A DNA stretch of 14,745 nucleotides from Waddliaceae bacterium (lineage in GTDB: Bacteria > Chlamydiota > Chlamydiia > Chlamydiales > SLOH01), in contig JBBDJA010000029.1 of NCBI GenBank assembly GCA_040880105.1, forward strand, positions 1 to 14,745, written 5' to 3'. A program made the position numbers and the translations under genes. The notes under the pieces are model-generated. The model was not told the DNA's origin and ran no database searches. It was given only the letters and a program-made list of their open reading frames with translations. Numbering within the stretch: position 1 is the stretch's first letter; every line of letters starts with the position of its first letter. Below are positions 1 to 7,780 of this stretch, one piece after another.

Positions 1-22
1 AAATGACATTTGGTTAAAAAAA

Positions 23-523
23 ATGTACAAAAAGTTTTTCTTTTCCCTCTTTTCAATACCGTTATTACTCAATGCCGGATCGACTCTTAGAACGACAATC
101 CTCCTTTCAGAAGATCAAGAGGCCATTCGCCCGGGTCAGCCTATTACATTTTCAGCTCAAGTCTCAAATGCAGGAGATATGGCTAATCCTGAAGGCACTC
201 TTTACATCCGATATGCATTTCCCGCTCCATTAGACAATCATCCAAGAAGCGTTCTCTTTCGATCGGAATCGCGTAGGATTCCCCCCATCTTGCCGGGAAG
301 GTGCGTGAAGCTTACGTTCACAACTCCCCATCTTTTACCTACTCTATATGACTATATTCGGGATGATTGGGCAAAACGGCATTATGAAGCTGTTATTGAG
401 ATTAATGGAGAAGAAAAGGTATCAGGAAGCCGAGCAATCCTCTTTTCTGCGCACTACTATCTTAGTCGACCGCTATTATCAAGCAAAGCTTCATTCAACT
501 CTTCTGTAAACGACGTCAAATAA
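23..523 (+). CDS. Hypothetical exported protein, possible Ig-like/CARDB-type beta-sandwich
   Basis: 166-aa ATG ORF. Signal-peptide-like N-terminus (MYKK FFFSLFSIPLLLNA). Segments PGQPITFSAQVSNAG and IPPILPGRCVKLTF resemble CARDB-type strands (by eye only). Confidence 0.7.
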   Translation: MYKKFFFSLFSIPLLLNAGSTLRTTILLSEDQEAIRPGQPITFSAQVSNAGDMANPEGTLYIRYAFPAPLDNHPRSVLFRSESRRIPPILPGRCVKLTFTTPHLLPTLYDYIRDDWAKRHYEAVIEINGEEKVSGSRAILFSAHYYLSRPLLSSKASFNSSVNDVK

Positions 524-1839
524 TCTCCTTCAAAAAGAGAGATATCGCGCCGGATTAAGGATTCCCAAGAAAGGGTGTGATCTGCTTCTAGCTCCTCTAA
601 AAACGATTCTAAATGCAAATACGCTGACGATTGCAACTTAAGACTTAAGGGAGAGAGAGGGGAAAAACGAGATTGGGAAATAAAAGATAGGGACTGTTTA
701 ACAATTTCACAATAAGACGGAAAAAGATAGCTGTGCAAAAGTTTTTGATACGCTCTTGTCTCAGGATTCATGCTTGTTTTAATGCTTATATTGAACCCTC
801 GCTTGGAGAGTTCATTCCAGGAGGGTAAAAGATTTATCTCTTCATGAACTTTTGATAAATACAGATATGGATCGCTTCTCTTTTGCAGACTCTCCAAAAA
901 ATCAGTCACTCTTTTGTCTTTTCCACCAATTAATACTTCGATTAGTTTTTGAAAGAGTCTGCATGATCGCACCAAATCCGATTCAAAATCGGCTTTCCTT
1001 GCCTTAAAGATCTGAATGGCTCGATTCAAGGGAAATTGAGTCATCACTGAATTGCGTTTTTCAAATAGGTCAAGTAGACAAGACCCTACCCGAAAATGCA
1101 AACACGGAAGGAGAAGTTGCTCTGGGACGCCGAACCCGACATGTTGGGAGGGATGTGGATACGCTCTTTGTGATGAATGGGTCATCAGCTCAAAACTATC
1201 TTGAACCGGAAGGTGTCGCAAAGTCACGGGATCCTTTCGCAGCTTTCCGGTGACAATCACGGTCTCTCCAGGGAAAGGGACGTATTTCTGCTGCAGAGTC
1301 ACTGAGCCGGTTAAACTGTCCTGCTGCATAAAAATCGGGTTTTTGCGTATTTCGTCTAGCGTTTGTTGAACACCTAAATAGGAGATTTTGTTTTCTCTAA
1401 AGAGTGAAATTGCTTTCATCCGAAATAAATCAGAGATCTCACCGGATGCCAAGAGTGGGGAGGGTGAAAAAATACTTTGGACGCGCTCTTCGTCCCTATT
1501 GAGCAAAGTAGAGTCAATGACGATTTTTCGGCGTTTCGGGATAATTTTAAGCCATCTTTCGCTTAAGGAATTCTGCTTCTTGTCTTTACTTTCTACGGCC
1601 AAGTTAAATCGTCTAAGGATTTTATGAACTTTACTTGTGTCTTCTTCAAACAGCTGATGAAAAAAGAGATTTCGGATCGCTTTTTCGACCCTACGCTCTT
1701 CTTTTAAAATTGATAATCGATACTTTAAGCGAAATTTTGAAGAGAAAATTAATCTAAGGCGCATCCAAAACGAGAGTTTTTTTTCCTCTCTTAACTCACT
1801 ATGGAGAATCAGAGCTGCCCATGATGAATCATTATTCAA
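457..1839 (-). CDS. Hypothetical protein (~460 aa)
   Basis: Long open frame. TTG start overlaps the 3' end of rluB by 8 nt, suggesting co-transcription. No family motif recognised and the start is uncertain. Confidence 0.75.
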   Translation of the reverse strand: MNNDSSWAALILHSELREEKKLSFWMRLRLIFSSKFRLKYRLSILKEERRVEKAIRNLFFHQLFEEDTSKVHKILRRFNLAVESKDKKQNSLSERWLKIIPKRRKIVIDSTLLNRDEERVQSIFSPSPLLASGEISDLFRMKAISLFRENKISYLGVQQTLDEIRKNPIFMQQDSLTGSVTLQQKYVPFPGETVIVTGKLRKDPVTLRHLPVQDSFELMTHSSQRAYPHPSQHVGFGVPEQLLLPCLHFRVGSCLLDLFEKRNSVMTQFPLNRAIQIFKARKADFESDLVRSCRLFQKLIEVLIGGKDKRVTDFLESLQKRSDPYLYLSKVHEEINLLPSWNELSKRGFNISIKTSMNPETRAYQKLLHSYLFPSYCEIVKQSLSFISQSRFSPLSPLSLKLQSSAYLHLESFLEELEADHTLSWESLIRRDISLFEGDYLTSFTEELNEALLDNSGRLR

Positions 1840-2524
1840 AGATACTTTCCATTTGGCTCAAAGATAATTGGCGTACATTGCCTTCCGGAAGGGCTCCTAA
1901 ACTTAAGCCCCCAATGCGGATTCGCTTCAACTCAAGCACATTCAACCCTGCCTCTTCAATTAAGAGACGTACTTCGTGCTTTTTTCCTTCCAAAACAGTG
2001 ATCTTAAGCGTTCCTTTTCGCACCTTGACGACGCGATGCGGTTTAATATGCGTGTTTTGAATCAGTGTCCCATCTGATATCACTTTTAAATGCTGTGATG
2101 TCACTTCCTGATCCGTCTTCACCAAATACTCTTTTGCGATATTTTTTGATGGGTGGATGACTCTCTGGGCGAAATCTCCATCATTTGTCACAATAATCAG
2201 ACCCTTGGTCTCTTTGTCCAAACGTCCAACGGTAAATAACCGTTTGGCTTCATCATCAAAAAGGTCGATCACAAGTCTTTGTCTTTTTGAAAGCCGTTTA
2301 TTACTACAAAGATAGCCGGAGGGCTTATTTAATAAATAATAAACCTTTGCCTCTTCGGTTTGCAGCGGCATATCGTCAAAAAGAATCTCATCCTCTTCGG
2401 TGACCAGTGTTTGAGGGATCTTCACGACCTCTCCATTGACTTTGACACGTCCTTCGAAAATCAATTCTTCCGACATTCTTCGTGATGCCAAACCGGCTTT
2501 TGCTAATCGTTTACTTAATCTCAT
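1832..2524 (-). CDS. rluB: rRNA pseudouridine synthase, RsuA/RluB/RluF family
   Basis: N-terminal S4 domain (RLSKRLAKAGLASRR...GRVKVNG), LLNKPSG, catalytic VGRLD and EGKKHEVR motifs. Start placed at ATG 2524 (MRLSK) rather than 2551. Subfamily assignment is tentative. Confidence 0.9.
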   Translation of the reverse strand: MRLSKRLAKAGLASRRMSEELIFEGRVKVNGEVVKIPQTLVTEEDEILFDDMPLQTEEAKVYYLLNKPSGYLCSNKRLSKRQRLVIDLFDDEAKRLFTVGRLDKETKGLIIVTNDGDFAQRVIHPSKNIAKEYLVKTDQEVTSQHLKVISDGTLIQNTHIKPHRVVKVRKGTLKITVLEGKKHEVRLLIEEAGLNVLELKRIRIGGLSLGALPEGNVRQLSLSQMESIFE

Positions 2525-2529
2525 TTTAT

Positions 2530-2557
2530 TTGCTTTTTTTATTATATCCATTATACT
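2530..2557 (+). promoter_or_regulatory. Putative sigma70/sigma66 promoter for the gpmA-nifS-nifU operon
   Basis: TTGCTT (2530-2535), 16-nt spacer, TATACT (2552-2557), 26 nt upstream of ATG 2584. A minus-strand TATAAT (2546-2541) may serve the divergent rluB. Confidence 0.5.
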
Positions 2558-2583
2558 GATTGGCTAATAAAGAAGCGATAGAA

Positions 2584-3258
2584 ATGAGTGTTTTAATCCT
2601 AATGCGCCACGGTGAATCGGTTTGGAATAAGCGCAATCAATTCACCGGTTGGGTCGATGTTCCCCTTTCTGAAAAGGGAATCAAAGAGGCGCTTGAGGGA
2701 GGCAAGAAAATTGCCGATATTCCAATCGATGTTATTATTATAACAACCCTTATACGCGCGCAGATGACAGCCTACCTCGCGATGAGCCAGCACCATTCAA
2801 AAAAAGTGCCGATTGTTGTTGAAAGTGACGAAAAGTTGAAGGAATGGGGTAAAATTTACAGCGAAGAGGCCAAAGAAAATAGTATTCCTGTCTATAAATG
2901 CTGGGAGCTTAATGAACGGATGTACGGAGAGCTTCAAGGTTTCAATAAAGCAAAGACTGCAGAGAAGTTCGGCAAGGAGCAAGTACACACTTGGCGCAGA
3001 AGCTTTGATATCGCACCTCCGAACGGTGAGAGTTTAAAAATGACTTCCGAAAGGTCCATTCCATATTTTGAAAACACGATCGTTCCGATGCTTGCCGAAG
3101 GAAAAAATGTTTTTGTCTCTGCACACGGCAATTCCATTCGGTCTATTATCATGGACCTCGATAACCTCTCAGAAGAAGAAGTTGTAAATCTTGAGGTTCC
3201 AACCGGTGAACCCATTATCTATGACTATCTAGAAGGAACATTTAAAAAACGTAAATGA
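2584..3258 (+). CDS. gpmA: 2,3-bisphosphoglycerate-dependent phosphoglycerate mutase
   Basis: LMRHGESVWN, FTGWVDVPLS, LNERMYGELQG, WRRS and AHGNS motifs. Start placed at ATG 2584. Confidence 0.96.
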   Translation: MSVLILMRHGESVWNKRNQFTGWVDVPLSEKGIKEALEGGKKIADIPIDVIIITTLIRAQMTAYLAMSQHHSKKVPIVVESDEKLKEWGKIYSEEAKENSIPVYKCWELNERMYGELQGFNKAKTAEKFGKEQVHTWRRSFDIAPPNGESLKMTSERSIPYFENTIVPMLAEGKNVFVSAHGNSIRSIIMDLDNLSEEEVVNLEVPTGEPIIYDYLEGTFKKRK

Positions 3259-4397
3259 CCCATATATATCTCGATAATAGTACTCTTACACGCCCATCAG
3301 ATGAGGCTGTTTCGGAAATGCTCCCGTATTTCTCAAACGCGTTTGAATCGTACCATGCGCCCTACACTCCCTTTAATCTCTGCACACAAGTCAAAAAAAG
3401 CTATGAGAAAATCTATTCATTTTTAGGGGCGAATCCGGAAGACAGCGTGATTCTTACCTCTTCCAACGCAGAGGCGATTAACCAAGTTCTCCTCTCGGCT
3501 TATTTTGATTTGGCGATGCCGACGGGAAAAAATCAAATTATTTTCATGAGTAGCGATGAGGCCCCCTTTTTAATGGGAGCGAATCGACTTGAAAAGCTTG
3601 GGTGCATCTGCAAAATGTTAGATGGGGTTCCGACAGCTGAAAAAATTGCCGACATCATCTCCCCGCGAACGTCGATGATCTCTTTGTCATGGGGGAATGG
3701 GTTAACAGGCACGATGATCCCTGTCTATGAAATTGCCGCACTTTGTGAGGAGCGAGGAATACGTCTTCATTTAGATATCACACACGTACTTGGCAAGCAA
3801 ATTTTCGATCTCAAGGATCTGGGTGCAGACATTATCACCTTTGACGGTAAACACCTTCATGCCCCCCGTGGATGCGCGGGTCTATGGATCAAAGAAAAGG
3901 TCACATGCAGCCCCCTCATCATGGGCGGGATTGAACAAGGTGGCAAACGTGCCGGCGACCTTGATGTCCCCTCTCTTATCGCTCTAGGAGTCGCCTCTCA
4001 ACAAGCAAAAGAGAGCCTCGATCTGATATGTACCGAAACCGCGCGATTAAGGCAGCTTTTAGAAACGCAAATTCTTAAAGAGTTTACAAACGCTCGGGTC
4101 CTCTTTCAAGACCAAATCCGCCTCCCCCACATCACAGCTATTAGCTTCGAAGGGGTTTCTAATGAAGCGCTTCTATTTAGACTTGCGCAAAGAAAAGTCT
4201 TTGCAAGTATAGGGGGTGGCTCCTTTCAGCAGATCGGCATCCTTCTTGAAACGCTCGGCATAGAAGCTAGTATCGCAAATAGCACGGTTAGCTTTTCCTT
4301 AAGCCGATACACTACAGAAGAGGAAGTTCTTAATGCCGCAAGCGTGATTGTCGAGGAGGCAATTTCACTTCGCAAAATTACAGGCAGCCTCATATGA
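3255..4397 (+). CDS. NifS/IscS-like class-V aminotransferase-fold protein with degenerate catalytic motifs
   Basis: IYLDNS, LTSSNAEAIN, NGLTGT, PLIMGGIEQGGKRAG and VSFSLSRYTTEEEV match IscS/NifS. The catalytic Cys, EH and HK motifs are altered. ATGA overlap with gpmA. Confidence 0.88.
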   Translation: MTHIYLDNSTLTRPSDEAVSEMLPYFSNAFESYHAPYTPFNLCTQVKKSYEKIYSFLGANPEDSVILTSSNAEAINQVLLSAYFDLAMPTGKNQIIFMSSDEAPFLMGANRLEKLGCICKMLDGVPTAEKIADIISPRTSMISLSWGNGLTGTMIPVYEIAALCEERGIRLHLDITHVLGKQIFDLKDLGADIITFDGKHLHAPRGCAGLWIKEKVTCSPLIMGGIEQGGKRAGDLDVPSLIALGVASQQAKESLDLICTETARLRQLLETQILKEFTNARVLFQDQIRLPHITAISFEGVSNEALLFRLAQRKVFASIGGGSFQQIGILLETLGIEASIANSTVSFSLSRYTTEEEVLNAASVIVEEAISLRKITGSLI

Positions 4398-5164
4398 ATG
4401 TACTCACTCAAATGTTTCCCTGGAATCGATACAGTCGTAAATTGATCAAACGCATTAAAACTCCTTGCAATGCCGGACATTTTGACTCAAATGAATCTTC
4501 TGAGCGAGAAATGCGTCTTGTAGCGGGAAAAGAAGGCTCTATTGAAGATGGGAACTGCGTTGAACTCTATTGGCTTGTCGATGAAGAGGATGGGGTCATT
4601 GTCGATGCGAAATTTCAAACATTTGGTCAAAGCGCACTCATTGCTGCCGCTGACATCGCATGCGATCTTTTAGTCGGGAAAAACTATGGTCAGGCGATGC
4701 GCCTAAGCGCCGATCTTATCGATAGACAAGTGCGCGATAAAACAAATACTCCCTCCTTCCCACAAGAGACCTACCCGCATATTAATTTAGTCATTGGAGC
4801 GATTGATAATGCAGCAGAGCAATGCTTAGATATTCCATTAAAAGAAAGCTACGATGCGCCGCCGACCCCAATGGGTCCAATCGAGGTGCGAGAGGGTGGA
4901 TATCCCGGGTGGATTGAGCTGCAAACCGCACAAAAAATCGATCTTATCAAAGAGGTGATCGAAATTGACATTGCTCCCTACATTGCACTTGATGGGGGTG
5001 GAGTAGAGGTTATCAATTTGATCGAGAATGAGATTATCATTCGGTATAAAGGCAATTGCACCTCCTGTTTTGCGTCTGTTGGAACGACCCTTTCTTATAT
5101 CCAAGAGACATTAAAAGCGAAACTTCACCCGGATCTAAAAGTCACACCCGACCTCAACCTATAG
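4394..5164 (+). CDS. nifU: NifU-like protein: degenerate IscU-type N-domain plus C-terminal Nfu domain with CxxC
   Basis: DGVIVDAKFQTFG resembles IscU. IAPYIALDGGGVE...YKGNCTSC is the Nfu signature. ATGA overlap with the nifS-like gene. Confidence 0.88.
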   Translation: MNVLTQMFPWNRYSRKLIKRIKTPCNAGHFDSNESSEREMRLVAGKEGSIEDGNCVELYWLVDEEDGVIVDAKFQTFGQSALIAAADIACDLLVGKNYGQAMRLSADLIDRQVRDKTNTPSFPQETYPHINLVIGAIDNAAEQCLDIPLKESYDAPPTPMGPIEVREGGYPGWIELQTAQKIDLIKEVIEIDIAPYIALDGGGVEVINLIENEIIIRYKGNCTSCFASVGTTLSYIQETLKAKLHPDLKVTPDLNL

Positions 5165-5668
5165 CTCCGGGAGCGGAAAATCGTCAACGATTTGGCTCAA
5201 GTCAAAAGATTGACCTGTTTCAATTTTTAAAGATGTCGCGGCTTGATCAATTTTTGATGCCTCTTCGGTTGTCATATTGACATTCAAACCTACCCCTAAA
5301 ATGATTGCCAACTCTCCTTCAAACCATGCCGTTTCACACAAAATACCGGCAATTTTTTTCTGGTTTACCATTAGATCATTCGGCCACTTGATCTTTGCTT
5401 GCACTCCATACTGTAATAACCACTTTTGAATGTTTCGAGCGAACTTTAAAGGGATCTTAGTCAGGTCTTTGGGATAATCAGGCAAAAAACGGACAGATGT
5501 CATGTATAAATTGCCCTTTGGGGAGATCCACTCTCTCTCAAATTGTCCTCGACCGCGGGTTTGGATATCGGCGATAATTAACGTGAGTTGATCTTTTGGA
5601 AACCCCTTTAATTCTCTTTTGGCAAATAGATTTGTCGAATCAATGGATTTTAGGTGAATCTTCTTCAT
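5159..5668 (-). CDS. birA: Biotin-protein ligase, catalytic domain only
   Basis: IDSTN, QTRGRGQ...WISP, KWPND, KIAGIL and GVGLNV motifs. No N-terminal HTH. Start placed at ATG 5668 (MKKIHL). Confidence 0.92.
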   Translation of the reverse strand: MKKIHLKSIDSTNLFAKRELKGFPKDQLTLIIADIQTRGRGQFEREWISPKGNLYMTSVRFLPDYPKDLTKIPLKFARNIQKWLLQYGVQAKIKWPNDLMVNQKKIAGILCETAWFEGELAIILGVGLNVNMTTEEASKIDQAATSLKIETGQSFDLSQIVDDFPLPEL

Positions 5669-5770
5669 ATTTGCTAAAATTATACTACACACGTCATTTT
5701 ATCCGAGTGAGAATATTAGAGAAGAGACTTTGATTGCTGATGGATTCTTTTCTCTAATCTCTTTAATATA

Positions 5771-6913
5771 ATGCCTATGCTAGATTTTAAAAAATTATCC
5801 AAAATTGATTTCCGTTTGATTCCGGTGCTTGGAATCCTAATGCTCATCAGCCTTCTTGTTATTTCTTGCGCGACAAGTGAAATGACACCTAGCGGGTTTG
5901 AAGAGCGCATATTTACACCTTATGTTGTCAGCCAAGCCAAGTGGTTTTTTATCGGAACACTAGTCTTTATATGCACAGCTGCCTTTGACTATCGCAAACT
6001 ACACGAATGGACGTGGTTACTGTACGCGCTCATGATTATTACACTCCTTGGTCTTTTCTTTACCAAGACCATTGTAGGTGTGCAAAGATGGTATCGCATC
6101 CCACTCATCGGGATTAGTTTTCAGCCATCGGAAACAGCAAAGCTGATTGTTGTCATTACCCTTAGCTGGTTCCTAGAGAGGTATTCGGATCGAGCAACAC
6201 GCATTAGTACATTATTTTGGGCAGGCATCATTGTCGGTATTCCCTTTCTTTTGATCTTAAAACAACCGGACCTGGGTTCCTCTCTTGTTTTGATTCCAAT
6301 GACTTTAATGATGCTGTATTTTGGTAACATCCACCCTAAAATCGTTAAAGGATTGACGTATGTCGCACTGGTCTTTCTTATTTTTATTACATCAATATTT
6401 CTCGGCTTGATTCCACACGAAATTGTAAAACCGATGGCGACGAAGGTTTTAAAGGAGTATCAATTAAAGAGATTAGAACCAGGCACTCACCACCAAAAAG
6501 CAAGCGAGACAGCAATCGCAATCGGGGGCTTAACAGGAACAGGATGGAGGAAGGCGGAATACACATCAGGGGGCTGGCTCCCGGCGGCATGGACAGACTC
6601 TGTCTTCCCATCATACGCTGAGCAATTCGGTTTAGTAGGCGTGATCTTTCTAATCTCCCTTTTCTACATACTGCTTTACCTCTGTTTCCAAGTCACAGCA
6701 GCAGCTCCTAACCTATTCGGTAGACTCCTAGCCGCAGGAATCACCGGCTACATCGCGATCCACATTCTGATTAATATAGGAATGATGACAGGCTTTCTTC
6801 CCATCACCGGGGTTCCGCTTGTTTTAATCAGTTATGGCGGTACGAGTACTCTAATTACAATGGCAGCCCTCGGTCTTCTTCAAAGCATCTATAGCAGGAG
6901 GTTTATGTTCTAA
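5771..6913 (+). CDS. rodA: SEDS-family peptidoglycan glycosyltransferase RodA
   Basis: Multi-TM protein with GVQRW, FQPSETAK, KQPDLG, WTDSVF and PITGVPLVLISYGGTS motifs. Divergent from birA. Confidence 0.92.
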   Translation: MPMLDFKKLSKIDFRLIPVLGILMLISLLVISCATSEMTPSGFEERIFTPYVVSQAKWFFIGTLVFICTAAFDYRKLHEWTWLLYALMIITLLGLFFTKTIVGVQRWYRIPLIGISFQPSETAKLIVVITLSWFLERYSDRATRISTLFWAGIIVGIPFLLILKQPDLGSSLVLIPMTLMMLYFGNIHPKIVKGLTYVALVFLIFITSIFLGLIPHEIVKPMATKVLKEYQLKRLEPGTHHQKASETAIAIGGLTGTGWRKAEYTSGGWLPAAWTDSVFPSYAEQFGLVGVIFLISLFYILLYLCFQVTAAAPNLFGRLLAAGITGYIAIHILINIGMMTGFLPITGVPLVLISYGGTSTLITMAALGLLQSIYSRRFMF

Positions 6914-7350
6914 TGGCGCAACATCAATTTTTATTTACAGAAGGCAATTGGCTCGGACAAGGTGAGTTGCAGCTGGCCGGATCTAAAGAGACTCTTCCGG
7001 TATTCATTCGTTGGGAAATAGAGCCCATAAGAGAAAACGCAGTATTATGTAAGCAAACTGTCGAAGTGCCATCCGCTCAACATAAAGGAGTCAACTACTA
7101 TACTCTGACACTTCAAACAACATCTACCTTTGAAATTTCACTCAAGAATGAATTTATCTCTACTAAAGGCCATGGATTGATTAAGGAAAATTCTATCACT
7201 TGGAACTTTCAAGATGAAGGGACGCTTGAGGGAGAGGAGGTATTTACTCTTCAGAACAATGGAGAGTATCATTTTAATGCCGAGTTTTTCTCCGCTGTTC
7301 AGCAAGAGACACGCATTAGCGGCAGAATCTGGAAGACTTCAAATGTCTGA
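6913..7350 (+). CDS. Hypothetical protein, probably all-beta
   Basis: 145-aa ATG ORF coupled to rodA by a TAATG overlap. Alternating polar/hydrophobic strands. Confidence 0.8.
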   Translation: MAQHQFLFTEGNWLGQGELQLAGSKETLPVFIRWEIEPIRENAVLCKQTVEVPSAQHKGVNYYTLTLQTTSTFEISLKNEFISTKGHGLIKENSITWNFQDEGTLEGEEVFTLQNNGEYHFNAEFFSAVQQETRISGRIWKTSNV

Positions 7351-7386
7351 TATTGAATATAAACGAAAAAAAAATTGAGAACAGAG

Positions 7387-7415
7387 CGGTGTAAAGAGTC
7401 AGACTCTTTACACCG
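7387..7415. terminator. Perfect 14-bp inverted repeat between convergent genes, probable bidirectional terminator
   Basis: CGGTGTAAAGAGTC-A-GACTCTTTACACCG, 11 nt after the rpsJ stop. The minus-strand U-run lies about 12 nt further on. Confidence 0.65.
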
Positions 7416-7426
7416 TTAGAATTGAA

Positions 7427-7771
7427 TTAACCCATCATCCCGGCTTTGATCTTAATATCAACTCCAGCAGGAAGAGTGAGGCCTTTTAATGCATCAATGG
7501 TCTTGCCTGTTGGATTTTGAATTTCAATCAAACGTTTATGAGTACGGATTTCAAACTGTTCGCGAGATTTTTTGTTCACGTGCGGTGATCTAAGAACAGT
7601 GTAAATCTCTCTTCTTGTTGGAAGAGGGATTGGACCTGCGATTCCGGCACCTGTACGCTTAGCTGTTTCAACAATATCTGCTGTTGAGCGATCAAGCAAG
7701 CGTTGATCATATCCCTTAAGGCGAATCCGAATCTTCTGGATTGCTTTTTTTTGTTGTTGCTGTTTAGCCAT
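7427..7771 (-). CDS. rpsJ: 30S ribosomal protein S10
   Basis: [17 protein letters not shown] and [23 protein letters not shown] motifs. Confidence 0.98.
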   Translation of the reverse strand: MAKQQQQKKAIQKIRIRLKGYDQRLLDRSTADIVETAKRTGAGIAGPIPLPTRREIYTVLRSPHVNKKSREQFEIRTHKRLIEIQNPTGKTIDALKGLTLPAGVDIKIKAGMMG

Positions 7772-7780
7772 TGATCTCTC

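Noticed and set aside
3255..5164. Nitrogen-fixation genes, or pseudogenes
   Set aside because: No nitrogenase genes are present. Both ORFs are full-length, uninterrupted and coupled, so they are not pseudogenes.
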